IMG/VR virus record: IMGVR_UViG_2541047945_000005
DNA from: a virus
Taxonomy: Duplodnaviria > Heunggongvirae > Uroviricota > Caudoviricetes
DNA: 37,681 nucleotides
Reading direction: 5' to 3' (one strand)
The notes beneath the pieces are model-generated. The model did no database searches. It was not told where the DNA came from and saw nothing but the letters and a program-made list of their open reading frames with translations. The position numbers and the translations under genes are program-made. Positions 1-9,900 of the stretch are shown piece by piece (positions within the stretch are counted from its first letter, which is position 1; the number at the start of each line of letters is the position of its first letter).

Positions 1-56
1 TAAAAATACTCCCTTTTGAGTGGTTAAAGTACTGAGATAATGTGGGGAGGATTTGA

Positions 57-76
57 GAGATAAACGTTGGTTTGGG
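57..76. other. putative serine-invertase crossover site, copy 1 (hix/gix-like)
   Basis: AAACC-AA-CGTTT core (agataaacgTTggtttgggg) at the outer edge of the 38-bp inverted repeat; compared with hix/gix sites from memory. Confidence 0.45.
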
Positions 77-104
77 GGAAGGCTCTGCACTGCCTGTTGG
101 TGTG
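67..104. repeat. inverted repeat IR-a flanking the tail-fibre cassette
   Basis: 37/38 identity to the reverse complement of 602-639; encodes GEGSALPVGVP in-frame in both fibre ORFs. Confidence 0.85.
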
Positions 105-575
105 CCTGTTCCATGGCCCACCGCCACACCGCCAGCAGGCTGGTTAAAGTGCGACGGGCGCGCCTTTACAAAAGAACAATATCCTGTTCTGGCCAGAGTC
201 TACCCGACCCTCCGTCTTCCCGATTTGCGCGGTGAGTTTATCCGTGGATGGGACGACGGGCGCAAAGTTGATACGGGGCGTTCATTGCTAAGTGGTCAGG
301 CTGCAACATTTATTCGTACAGCTTTGCAGGATTATTACGGTTACGATCTGAATACTAATGTCAAAGTAGGTATCGCTTTTGCTACTGCTGATTCTGTTAT
401 AACCGTTGGAAACCCAGCTAATCCTAAAGCAGGAAATAATAGCGATTATGTTCCTGCATCAGCAGATAACTCTATAACGGGTATTCAAAGGACAGCGGAG
501 GATAATTTTACCGGGGCATGGATATCAATGCGCCCCCGCAATGTTGCGTTTAATTACATCGTAAGGGCCGCATAA
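72..575 (+). CDS. tail-fibre C-terminal cassette (tail-collar-like receptor-binding domain); no canonical start, begins inside the inverted repeat
   Basis: Frame opens after a stop at 54-56 and runs through IR-a; GWLKCDG...YP.L...LPDLRGEFIRGWDDGR resembles phage tail-collar domains; stop at 573-575. Confidence 0.6.
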   Translation: MGEGSALPVGVPVPWPTATPPAGWLKCDGRAFTKEQYPVLARVYPTLRLPDLRGEFIRGWDDGRKVDTGRSLLSGQAATFIRTALQDYYGYDLNTNVKVGIAFATADSVITVGNPANPKAGNNSDYVPASADNSITGIQRTAEDNFTGAWISMRPRNVAFNYIVRAA

Positions 576-2059
576 AAACGTTGGTTTAGGAGAAGGCTCG
601 GCACACCAACAGGCAATGCAGAGCCTTCCCCCAAACCAAGGTAATTGAGGACATCTTTTATACTGCCCTTAGCGATAATAGCGCGACCAATAGCTGTAAG
701 GGTTGCCAGCGCTGCGCGGTCTGCTCCGGTAAAATAAGGCAACCGATCTGCTGCAGTGGCAAGTCCTGCCAGAGCAGTGAGCGTGGCATCTGCCGGTTGT
801 TTTCCGTTTGCCAGATCGTATGCAGCCTTGACCGCTTTCGGTGTGGCGGCCAGTATTTCAGACGTGCTGTTGATGGCACTGCTCAATTGTATGGTGCCTT
901 TTGCCGTCAGCGAGGCAGCAGGCACTCCCGTTATCTGACTCCACGGGTGAGTGTGGCTGACGGGCGCCTTGCCGGCTGCAAGGTCGTATGCAGCCTTGAC
1001 CGCCTTCGGCGTGGCAGCCTCAGTTTCTGATTGACTGTCCGTGGCGCTGCTCAGTTGTACGGTGCCTTTTGCCGTCAGCGAGGCAGCAGGCACTCCCGTT
1101 ATCTGACTCCACGGGTGAGTGTGGCTGACGGGGGCCTTGCCGGCAGCCAGGTCATATGCAGCCTTGACGGCCTTTGGTGTGGCGGCCAGCGTTTCAGAGG
1201 TGCTGTTGGTGGCACTGCTCAGTTGTACGATCCCTTTACGGGTCGTTGTTGCATCCTGGGCTGTGTATTTTCCCCGGGCCAGATCATACGCGATTTTCAC
1301 AGCCTTCGGCGTGGCAGCCTCAGTTTCTGATTGACTGTCCGTGGCGCTGCTCAGTTGTACGGTGCCTTTTGCCGTCAGCGAGGCAGCAGGCACTCCCGTT
1401 ATCTGACTCCACGGGTGAGTGTGGCTGACGGGGGCCTTGCCGGCAGCCAGGTCATATGCAGCCTTGACGGCCTTTGGTGTGGCGGCCAGCGTTTCAGAGG
1501 TGCTGTTGGTGGCACTGCTCAGTTGTACGATCCCTTTACGGGTCGTTGTTGCATCCTGGGCTGTGTATTTTCCCCGGGCCAGATCATACGCGATTTTCAC
1601 AGCCTTCGGCGTGGCAGCCTCAGTTTCTGATTGACTGTCCGTGGCACTGCTCAGCTGTACGGTGCCTTTTGCCGTCAGCGAGGCAGCAGGCACTCCCGTT
1701 ATCTGACTCCACGGGTGAGTGTGACTGACGGGTGCCTTGCCGGCTGCAAGGTCGTATGCAGCCTTGACGGCTTTTGGTGTGGCGGCCAGCGTTTCAGAGG
1801 TGCTGTTGGTGGCACTGCTCAGTTGGGTGAACCCCTTAGCTGTCAGTGTCGCGTCCGGGTGGTTACGGGAACGTACGTGTTCAGCCAGTGACTGTGCGGC
1901 TTCCTCCGTTTTTTTCTTCAGCCATTTCGTCCTGTTTGCCAGTTGCCGGGGGGCTCGATTTGATATCCCGTCAGCACCACCCAGAACCGGATCTGATGTC
2001 TCCAGTTGATAGATTTTTTCTTCCCACTTTTCTGTTTCATTCAGGTTTCCCATAATCAA
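554..2059 (-). CDS. tail fibre protein, constant N-terminal and shaft part with tandem repeats; presently ends in a 14-aa stub after the IR
   Basis: 501-aa ORF; repeated ~50/100-aa fibre motifs (TAKGxVQLSSATxSxSET, HTHPWSQITGVP); last gene of the tail operon; ATGA overlap with upstream gene. Confidence 0.8.
   Translation of the reverse strand: MIMGNLNETEKWEEKIYQLETSDPVLGGADGISNRAPRQLANRTKWLKKKTEEAAQSLAEHVRSRNHPDATLTAKGFTQLSSATNSTSETLAATPKAVKAAYDLAAGKAPVSHTHPWSQITGVPAASLTAKGTVQLSSATDSQSETEAATPKAVKIAYDLARGKYTAQDATTTRKGIVQLSSATNSTSETLAATPKAVKAAYDLAAGKAPVSHTHPWSQITGVPAASLTAKGTVQLSSATDSQSETEAATPKAVKIAYDLARGKYTAQDATTTRKGIVQLSSATNSTSETLAATPKAVKAAYDLAAGKAPVSHTHPWSQITGVPAASLTAKGTVQLSSATDSQSETEAATPKAVKAAYDLAAGKAPVSHTHPWSQITGVPAASLTAKGTIQLSSAINSTSEILAATPKAVKAAYDLANGKQPADATLTALAGLATAADRLPYFTGADRAALATLTAIGRAIIAKGSIKDVLNYLGLGEGSALPVGVPSLLLNQRFYAALTM
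573..592. other. crossover-like site, copy 2, with truncated IR homology
   Basis: ataaaaacgTTggtttagga directly after the cassette stop codon; followed by 19 bp of degenerate IR sequence. Confidence 0.3.
602..639. repeat. inverted repeat IR-b at the 3' end of the tail-fibre constant region
   Basis: Reverse complement matches 67-104 (one mismatch). Confidence 0.85.
636..655. other. putative serine-invertase crossover site, copy 3
   Basis: cccAAACCAAGGTaattgag; AAACC-AA-GGT core resembles hixL/gix as I recall them. Confidence 0.45.
790..1825. repeat. tandem 300-bp direct repeats inside the tail-fibre gene
   Basis: 1021-1320 and 1321-1620 are identical; 1621-1825 is a third copy with SNPs; a diverged copy lies upstream. 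Confidence 0.9.
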
Positions 2060-2634
2060 CTGCTCCCGTGGTTATAACTGCCATCATGGATGGCGGTATT
2101 GTTATAGCGAATGGCCACAGACTGATACTCCAGGCTGGCCAGATGGCAGCGGGCCGGTGCAAATGCAGCGAGCGTCTGACGCAGCATCGCGGCCTGATCG
2201 TTAGTAATGGGCTGTTTCAGAATAACGCGATAAACCGCCCAGGCGGCTGCATCTCCATGAACAAACAGTCCGTTATAGCTGCGATTGCCGTCGTAACTGA
2301 GACGACCTGTGCCTTCAATCAGATCCACTTCACCAAAGCCAAAACGGCGGATAACTTCCCGGATTGACCACGGCGTCCCTTTATACCGGTGTAGTTCGAT
2401 GGCTGCTTTTATAAGCATGCGGCGAACATCGTCCGATTCCGCCAGCTCCCAGCCATCGCCAGACAGTGAGAACTGCTCGCCCAGCCATGGCAGCGCAGAA
2501 CTGTCGACGATATCGACGAGAAAGACCATCAGTACGCTCAGGTCGATGTTATCCAGCCGCCCTGCCAGTCTTCCCAGCGTCCTGAGACTGATATCACCCT
2601 CAAGCGGTGGCGGGAGTTGTAATGGCTCAGTCAT
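2056..2634 (-). CDS. baseplate/tail protein (P2 gpI-like, Mu gp48-like)
   Basis: Position between J-like baseplate gene and tail fibre; ATG at 2634 preceded by GTGGAG; ORF track extends to a GTG at 2646. Confidence 0.6.
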   Translation of the reverse strand: MTEPLQLPPPLEGDISLRTLGRLAGRLDNIDLSVLMVFLVDIVDSSALPWLGEQFSLSGDGWELAESDDVRRMLIKAAIELHRYKGTPWSIREVIRRFGFGEVDLIEGTGRLSYDGNRSYNGLFVHGDAAAWAVYRVILKQPITNDQAAMLRQTLAAFAPARCHLASLEYQSVAIRYNNTAIHDGSYNHGSS

Positions 2635-3730
2635 CAGACACTCCACTCATGTTAAGTGTGATCGCCGTACAGTTTGCCCATTCGTTTTCTGCCACCACCC
2701 TCAGTGCCGGTGTCACCAGTTCAACCTGGTACACCCCGGAAACGGACAATGCACTGATAATCTGGCTGGGGACAATATCACGCCCCAGCGTGGCGGCACG
2801 TGATGCCACCCAGTTCTGTATGGCGCTGTTAGCGGCATCTTTTACAGACCTGGCATCCTGATCACGATAGATCGTAATCCTGGCTTCAATGGTGTAATCC
2901 ACCTTCACTGGTGTTTTAGCCCGCACTGTATCAGTGAGTGGCCTGACTTTCTCATCAGAGCAGAAACTCTCTACCAGCGTGAGAACACCGCCGTCCGGCA
3001 GACCGGTACTGAGCAGCGGATACAGATCTACGGTCCCGGGAACCGGGGAAAGCACAGCAACATCGACAATGTTGGGATGGGCCTGCATGGCATGAAAGCG
3101 GTATGCGCCACGGCTTCCGGCATTGGTGAATGACTCCGGGGCCAGCCTGATACGCTCCCGGAGCCTGTCATCGTCTTCCTGTTCTGAACCGCCGGAACTG
3201 GCCGTCAGATTGCTCACCAGCAGGTCGACGTTATCAATCTCATCGAGTAACTGACTGACCTGCGCAGGTTGCCAGCCGTTACCAGCGGTACCGGGTTCGG
3301 TACAGGTGGACGTGACATTGACCAGCAGCAATCCGGCCTTCAGTACCACATCTGTATCGGTGGCAAAAATAACGCTGTCGGAAGCGCTGACGCGGGTGCC
3401 TGCCGGGATCAGCACATCAATGGTCAGTGCCTCATCCACAGAGAACTGAAGTGTGGTGGTGGCAGGCTGCGCGGCAAGGCGGTATACACCAACCAGTTCT
3501 CCGAGGTAATCAATCATCGGCTCTCGTGAAAAGGCGACCAGATTCTGCTTTGCTGCCTCCTGTACCGCAACCCTGACCAGCATTTCGCGATAGGCCCACA
3601 GATCAATCAGCAGACGTTCTGCCTGTGCCGGGTACAGCGTTTTGCCGGTATCCGCTTCATACTTCGCAATCATTTCTGCCGTGATTTTGTCGGCATCGCG
3701 TTCAATAAAATCGGGTTCTGTCAGCGCCAT
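2627..3730 (-). CDS. baseplate J-like protein (Mu gp47-like)
   Basis: 367-aa ORF following the gpW-like gene in the baseplate cluster. Confidence 0.65.
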   Translation of the reverse strand: MALTEPDFIERDADKITAEMIAKYEADTGKTLYPAQAERLLIDLWAYREMLVRVAVQEAAKQNLVAFSREPMIDYLGELVGVYRLAAQPATTTLQFSVDEALTIDVLIPAGTRVSASDSVIFATDTDVVLKAGLLLVNVTSTCTEPGTAGNGWQPAQVSQLLDEIDNVDLLVSNLTASSGGSEQEDDDRLRERIRLAPESFTNAGSRGAYRFHAMQAHPNIVDVAVLSPVPGTVDLYPLLSTGLPDGGVLTLVESFCSDEKVRPLTDTVRAKTPVKVDYTIEARITIYRDQDARSVKDAANSAIQNWVASRAATLGRDIVPSQIISALSVSGVYQVELVTPALRVVAENEWANCTAITLNMSGVSDD

Positions 3731-4068
3731 AGCAACTCCTGAGTCCGGGTCTGTCCGTCTGAGCCTTTCCAGCTCACCCGGAGCGTAAGATGTTCGCCGT
3801 CGACGGCGGGTTTAACTGACATAAGCTGGCAGCGGGGCTCCCAGCGTCGGATGGCATCGACGGATTCGCGCACCACATGCGGAATGGCCCGGTCTACAGG
3901 CCAGTCGATATAAAGATGCAGATTGCTGCCGAACTCCGGGCGATGCGGGTCGCTGCCGCGGGGAGTCCGCAGGATAATTTGAATCGCCTGCCGGATATCA
4001 TCCAGCCCCCGGACAATTTCGCCGGGAGCCTGCAGGGTCGGTTGCCAGAATACTGAGGTTGTTTTCAT
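3721..4068 (-). CDS. baseplate protein, gpW/gp25-like
   Basis: 115-aa ORF, size and position typical of P2 gpW / Mu gp46. Confidence 0.6.
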   Translation of the reverse strand: MKTTSVFWQPTLQAPGEIVRGLDDIRQAIQIILRTPRGSDPHRPEFGSNLHLYIDWPVDRAIPHVVRESVDAIRRWEPRCQLMSVKPAVDGEHLTLRVSWKGSDGQTRTQELLWR

Positions 4069-4098
4069 GGGGGCAGTATTGCCCCCGTGCGGGAACGC

Positions 4099-4122
4099 TG
4101 ATATTAAAGGCGTTTAAAAAGC
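4099..4122 (-). promoter_or_regulatory. conserved late-operon motif, copy 1 (candidate late promoter/activator site)
   Basis: ctgATATTAAAGGCGTTTAAAAAg, one of four aligned copies upstream of minus-strand late operons. Confidence 0.5.
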
Positions 4123-4719
4123 TCAGTGGGAGTGGTGGCTGGAGTTTTCGCCATCAGACAACATACTGCCCGTGGCATGGGCATTCCCTTTAATCTCGAT
4201 ATTGCCATGGATGGTCGCGGTAACACCTTCACCACCAGAACCCGCCATGCCTCCTTCGTAAATCAGCTTACCCCTGACACGCAGATCTCCGGTAAGTTCG
4301 GTTTCCGGTGCGTCAATCGTGGCTTTCTGTGTTTTCAATACCACATCAGCACCACACTCAATGACAATATGCTCAATGCCGCCCCGGATGATCAGAGTGT
4401 GCGTCTTCCGGTTGTAGCTGTACTCTGCACCATCAGCAAACCGGGTTCCCCGGATATTTTTGTCACTGAACGGTGGTTTATCGACGTCTGAATACACCGC
4501 GCCCAGAATAACACCATCCTCGCCGTTGGCATCGAGCAGCACCTCAACCTGCTCCCCCACGTCAGGGAGCCAGTAATCTTTGTTATCCTGGGTATTGCGC
4601 TGCAGCACGTTAAGCCAGTTTGTGCGCAGGTTATCGCATTCAGGCAGACGAACGCGGGCCTGAACCCTGTCGGCATCAACGGCACTGACCGTACCGACCT
4701 GACGAGTGACACCAGTCAT
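4123..4719 (-). CDS. baseplate spike/assembly protein, P2 gpV-like (Mu gp45-like)
   Basis: 198-aa ORF with His-rich C-terminus; ATGA overlap with upstream gene. Confidence 0.65.
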   Translation of the reverse strand: MTGVTRQVGTVSAVDADRVQARVRLPECDNLRTNWLNVLQRNTQDNKDYWLPDVGEQVEVLLDANGEDGVILGAVYSDVDKPPFSDKNIRGTRFADGAEYSYNRKTHTLIIRGGIEHIVIECGADVVLKTQKATIDAPETELTGDLRVRGKLIYEGGMAGSGGEGVTATIHGNIEIKGNAHATGSMLSDGENSSHHSH

Positions 4720-5888
4720 TTTTTCTTCTCTCTTATTACTGTGGACGTGCTGCCGTCCGGTTTATAGATGGTCAGCATCCGGGTTTTGCCGATTTTTTTA
4801 CCTTTCTTCGCCTTGCCCTGTGTGATCGGCCCCCGTGCCACTTCCAGCTCTGTGGTGTAGCCGCTGTTACGGTCAAACGCATGGCGGGCAGTGGTTATGA
4901 GCCATGGCCCGGATAACTGCCCAAAACCCACCAGTTCAATTTTGTTGCCTGCTGTCAGTTGAGGTGTTCCCGTCAGCGTCAGGGAGCCGTTCTGCTGGTA
5001 TTCGTTATGTCTGGCCAGTGCTGAATCCGCTTTAATCCGGGCACTGTCCGGGTCGCTGACGCGGCTGTTAACTTTAAGTGAGTCAGCGCTGGTAACCTTA
5101 CCACCTTTGAGCTTTTTGTCGCTTTCACGGGTACCACCATCAGCTTCGTAGACGATCAGTTTTTTACTGCTGCTTTTCTGGTGTTTTACCTTTGCAGATT
5201 TATAGACCCGGTTGATGGTGTCACGCAGGGAAAAGCGGGCCACATCCTGCGGTTTTAACTGCCTGACCGGCTCCTGACTGCGCAGTGTGGCCAGATGAGA
5301 AAAAATCAGCTGGTCACTGACCACTTTCACTGCATAACCATACTCGCTGGCCAGCCGGCGCAGAAAACCCACGTCGGTTTCAGCATACTGGGTCACCCGG
5401 TCGATTCTGATGGACTCAATGCTGCCCACCAGTTTCAGCCGGTGCTTTCTGGCAATCCGCCCCGCAACAGCTGCCAGCGTGGTGTTCTCAAAACCACGAC
5501 TGGTTTTAGTCCGCAGGGCACTGTTAACCGAGGTGGCCACCCCACGGATAGAAACAACGGAAGCGGGCGAACTCACTTCGATCTCGTCTATAGAGAACGT
5601 ACCGCAGGACAGCAGCTTCTCGTCCTGATAGCCCATTTTCAGCGTCAGCGTGTCACCCTTGCCCGGATACCACTTATCCAGCCAGCGGCCATCGGTGTCG
5701 TCCAGCTCCACCTCAATGGTATCGGACTCATTTTTGATGTTATCGCTCCAGGTCACACGGGTGACATAAGGCGCGATATCAGAGGTGATGTTTTTCTGCA
5801 GATACCACAGAGTGAACACCGGTGTCAGCACATCGCTGACGCCGGTTAACGCTGATGTGACTTGCGCAGTGCTGTTTATCTCAGCCAT
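4716..5888 (-). CDS. baseplate hub / tail protein (P2 gpD-like, Mu gp44-like)
   Basis: 390-aa ORF between the X-like gene and the spike gene. Confidence 0.6.
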   Translation of the reverse strand: MAEINSTAQVTSALTGVSDVLTPVFTLWYLQKNITSDIAPYVTRVTWSDNIKNESDTIEVELDDTDGRWLDKWYPGKGDTLTLKMGYQDEKLLSCGTFSIDEIEVSSPASVVSIRGVATSVNSALRTKTSRGFENTTLAAVAGRIARKHRLKLVGSIESIRIDRVTQYAETDVGFLRRLASEYGYAVKVVSDQLIFSHLATLRSQEPVRQLKPQDVARFSLRDTINRVYKSAKVKHQKSSSKKLIVYEADGGTRESDKKLKGGKVTSADSLKVNSRVSDPDSARIKADSALARHNEYQQNGSLTLTGTPQLTAGNKIELVGFGQLSGPWLITTARHAFDRNSGYTTELEVARGPITQGKAKKGKKIGKTRMLTIYKPDGSTSTVIREKKK

Positions 5889-6091
5889 GGGGCAATATCC
5901 TCTTCTGTACGGGCTTCTTCAGCCTCAATCACCGGGATCAGTAACAACAGCCCGGAGGGCAGCACCGGCGTGATGGCCACGTGCGGATTGGCGGCAATAA
6001 TCCGGGGATAGCCCAGCGGGTCACCGTAGTACTGCCATGCCAGCGAATCCCAGCGCTCTCCGTCACGGGTAACATGTTCAAGAAACATCAC
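5876..6091 (-). CDS. tail protein X-like (LysM-like)
   Basis: 71 aa; R.GE.WDSLAW.YYGD resembles the P2 gpX family motif. Confidence 0.55.
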   Translation of the reverse strand: MMFLEHVTRDGERWDSLAWQYYGDPLGYPRIIAANPHVAITPVLPSGLLLLIPVIEAEEARTEEDIAPWLR

Positions 6092-6972
6092 ACACTCCTC
6101 GTCAGTATTCTGGCGGCCATTGCACTTAATCCCGGAGACATGCGGTTGAATGCTGTTCCGACGGCGTTAAGCTGCCCGGAAACGGTATCCAGAGCACCTG
6201 CAATATTTCTTTTGTCCACACCACTCAGCGCAGACTGTGCCTGCTGTACATACGTGGCTGCTTCGCTGGCTGTTCTGGCCAGACTGATGGCATCGGGCAT
6301 GGATTCAGAGAGTGCGTTAAACGCCGGAACACTTTTCCCCAGAGCCCCGGAGATATTACCCAGTCCGCTCATCAGCCCCGGCACACGGGTCAGTGCGACA
6401 ACGGGGTTATCCTTCATTTTCTGTGTCACTCGAACGGCGCTGATAGTGGTCTGGAGTACAGACTGCGCCTGTTTCGCATAGTTGACGCCGTTGCGGATGA
6501 ACTGCGCCACCCCGGAAGGTGAAGGAATGGCACCGGAGACCGCCCCGACACCCGGGAGCTTCGTGCGTATTGCCGGTGGTTGCAGAGGATTTTTCGGGTC
6601 ACCGGTGTATTCCCGGAGAGACACGGTGGCACTGACAGCCAGCACGTTGCCGGTACTGTCAGTCTGCTCGCTGGTTGCAGTCACATCGGTAATCACGAAC
6701 CAGCCGCGATAGTCACCGTTGCCGAAGACCAGCGCCAGTGCCTGATGGGCTTTCATGGCTGTTCGCAGTCTCGCCAGCTCCACATCGGGTACACAATAAT
6801 GCTGATGGAAAACCAGAGTTATCTGGATTTCGTCCAGCCTGTCGCCGACGAACTGCAGGCCAGGCTTACCCCCGATGCGGGCATGCTCCGCATAATCGAC
6901 GCCGAACGTGGCCTCGAAGCCGTCCCAGTAGGTAATCAGCTCAAACTCAATATCACCCAGTACGGCAAACAT
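6088..6972 (-). CDS. tail protein, DNA-circulation (Mu N/gp43)-like
   Basis: 294-aa ORF directly after the tape measure; TAATG overlap. Confidence 0.5.
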   Translation of the reverse strand: MFAVLGDIEFELITYWDGFEATFGVDYAEHARIGGKPGLQFVGDRLDEIQITLVFHQHYCVPDVELARLRTAMKAHQALALVFGNGDYRGWFVITDVTATSEQTDSTGNVLAVSATVSLREYTGDPKNPLQPPAIRTKLPGVGAVSGAIPSPSGVAQFIRNGVNYAKQAQSVLQTTISAVRVTQKMKDNPVVALTRVPGLMSGLGNISGALGKSVPAFNALSESMPDAISLARTASEAATYVQQAQSALSGVDKRNIAGALDTVSGQLNAVGTAFNRMSPGLSAMAARILTRSV

Positions 6973-9900
6973 CAGCGGTACTCCTTACGTTGTTTCTGAG
7001 CCAGCAGACGCTCCAGCATTTTTTCCAGCTCATGCAGACTCATATTCAGGGCACCAGTCAGTCCTGCAGGCGCTGTGGTTTCCCTGCCATTGAGGAAAAA
7101 CTGAGGATTAAAGCTGACCTGGATACCACCAGACGTTCCACCGCCGGTTGCAGCTGCACCACGGCCTGAATATCCGGCAGCCAGGATTTCAGGCGAGGGG
7201 ATACGGGGAACATCCGGTGTCATCTCATTTGCCAGACGTTGCCCTGGTAAAATCGATGCCCGGGTGGAGAGCGGAATAACGGGCATGGAAGACAAACTAT
7301 TGATTACGGCTCCGATCGCATTTTTAGCAGACGACATAAACCCATTGATATCGGGCAACGGCATACTGAAGCGAACACCTGAAGTGTTATCCCGTATTTC
7401 TGGCCCCTGAATGCTCACGGGCATTCTGGGGAGCAGTTCACTGGCCATTCGCTGCCCGGCCAGAGCTGCAAGCGGAGTGGTCCGCTGCAGGCCAATGGCG
7501 GCCCCCTGCGCGATATTGTCACCAAAGCCCATAAACACGCGGCTCGGCGAATGAATGCCCAGCTTTTCGCTGAACCAGCCACTGATGCTGTCACCCATTC
7601 CGGTTACACTGGATTTGAGCGACTCCCATTTGTTTTTGATACCGTTAATCAGACCGTCGACAAGATGGCCACCGAAGTCGGTGAACTTTGCCGGCAGATC
7701 AACACCAAGATATTTCAGCGCAGCTGCAAAGGCTTTATAGAGCAGACCTGCCGGCGACCAGTTAATCAGCAGCTTACCAGTTCCCGCGATACCGCCGTTA
7801 AAGGCTTCCTGAATGTCAGCCCAGCACTGTTTAAACCAGCTACTGATGCTGTCACCCATTCCGGTTACACTGGATTTGAGCGACCCCCATTTGTTTTTGA
7901 TACCGTTAATCAGACCGTCGATAAGATGGCCACCGAAGTCGGTGAACTTTGCCGGCAGAGCAACGCCGAAATATTTCAGCGCAGCCGCAAAGGCTTTATA
8001 GAGCAGGCCTGCCGGCGACCAGTTAATCAGCAACTTACCAATTCCCACAATGCCGCCGTTAAAGGCTTCCTGAATGTCAGCCCAGCGCTGTTTAAACCAG
8101 CTACTGATGCTGTCACCCATTCCGGTTACACTGGATTTGAGCGACCCCCATTTGCTTTTGATACCGTTAATCAGACCGTCGATAAGATGGCCACCGAAGT
8201 CGGTGAACTTTGCCGGCAGAGCAACGCCGAAATATTTCAGCGCAGCCGCAAAGGCTTTATAGAGCAGGCCTGCCGGCGACCAGTTAATCAGCAACTTACC
8301 AATTCCCACAATGCCGCCGTTAAAGGCTTCCTGAATGTCAGCCCAGCGCTGTTTAAACCAACCACTGACAGCCCCCCAGTTGCGGTAGATAAGGTAAGCT
8401 GCTGTCGCGACAGCGGTGATAACGAGACCGATGGGATTCATCATCAGCGCTCGCCCAATCCAGAGAACGGCACGTGCAGCGCTCATAAAACCGCGAACGA
8501 GGCTGCCCGCCAGAACTTTGCTGAGTTTCAGTCCTCCGCTGGTCAGTCGGCTGAATCCAGTGACAAGCCAGCGTAATTTGCCACCTTCTCCGAGTGCGGT
8601 AGTCAGTCGATGCCAGTTGGTCCGGAGTAAAACAGTAGTTTTCCAGACGTTCACAAAGGGGGAAATAAGGAGATTCAGCCCCAGTTTGAGACCAATAGTC
8701 GCTATCTTAATCGCAAGGAGCGCACTGATGAGCTTAAAAGCCCCACTGACAAATTGCGGGTGAGTCGCTACCCAGTGTTTTGTCCCCTGAATGAGTGGGA
8801 GCAGTTCCTGAGTCAGAGAAATAAAAGATGGAGCTAATTGATCGCCCAGCGTAATTGCCAGATCGCGACTGCTGACCATAAGTGTTTTAGTGGCTTCAAG
8901 GGGAGATTTCAGCCGCTGATCATAAGCACTGGCAAGCAAATCGTTATCCGCAGCCCTGAGAGCACCGGCACGGATCTCTCGATATCTGTCCATGTTGGCC
9001 AGCATCGGGCGGATAAATGCCATGACCTGCATATCCGCGAACATATCGCCCAGACCAAAGTTTTTCGCCAGAGCCTGAAGTGCCTCATCTCTTGCCGTAT
9101 CATTCTTTATTTTCATGGCTGATTTGAAGCCGGCCAGCGCTTCGGGGCTTTTGGCATTGAGGTAACGTTCTATAACACTCAACATCCCTTCAATCGGAGA
9201 GATCCCCGCAGCTTTATAACTCGCAATAGATCCCTGCAAATCAATACCCAGATCAGCAAACTGTTTCTGAGTATCGCGGGCAAAAATTTTGGTAAGAAAG
9301 TTTTTAAAATTATTGGCTGCTTCGTCGGTGGAACCTGCACCGATTTTTGCTATCTGGAGACTGGCCCCGATTTCAGCAACAGCCTCTTTTCCACTGGCAA
9401 GACCCGCCATCATTGGGGCCAGGGACTGCATCCACTTGACCTGATCCGGGATTTCAAATGACCCCTGGTCACCGGCATAAGCCATAATATTCTGAACGGC
9501 ACCAAAATCTCTGGCCGCACCTTTCAGGGAGTTTTGCCAGACTGCGGCCACTTTTGCCCAGTCCTGAGCAGACGTGCGTGTTGCCGTTGCCGCGCGGGCA
9601 ATATCCGGCATCAGAAAACCGATATCTGACACATTATCAATATTGTCGCTGATGAGTGAACCCACCGCCTCCTGCAGCTCATCCTGATACTGATTGTATT
9701 TAAGCGCCCAGCCTTTTATCTGTCCGGCAAGTGCATCCCGCGTTTTATTGTCATATTTTGCGGTGATCGACATATCAATCATTTTGTCCTGAAAAGACAT
9801 GGACTGCTGAACGGCAGGGGAAACCGTATGATAAACAGTCTGTGCCATGCCATACGCTTCAATCCCCTGACCATACAGCGCCATGCGGTTAGCTTTCAGC

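Noticed and set aside
797-2055. Series of plus-strand ORFs (797-1030, 1031-1330, 1331-1630, 1631-1891 and others) antisense to the tail-fibre gene
   Set aside because: They are duplicated because they sit on the 300-bp tandem repeats and are antisense to a well-supported fibre gene; Cys/Arg-rich low-complexity translations with no RBS.
7572-8354. Possibility that the regular tandem repeats here or at 790-1825 are a CRISPR array
   Set aside because: Units are 261 or 300 bp, contiguous without unique spacers, and lie in frame inside coding genes.
7551-8763. Plus-strand ORFs (including a 341-aa one) antisense to the tape measure gene
   Set aside because: Repeat-driven antisense frames inside a long, well-supported structural gene.
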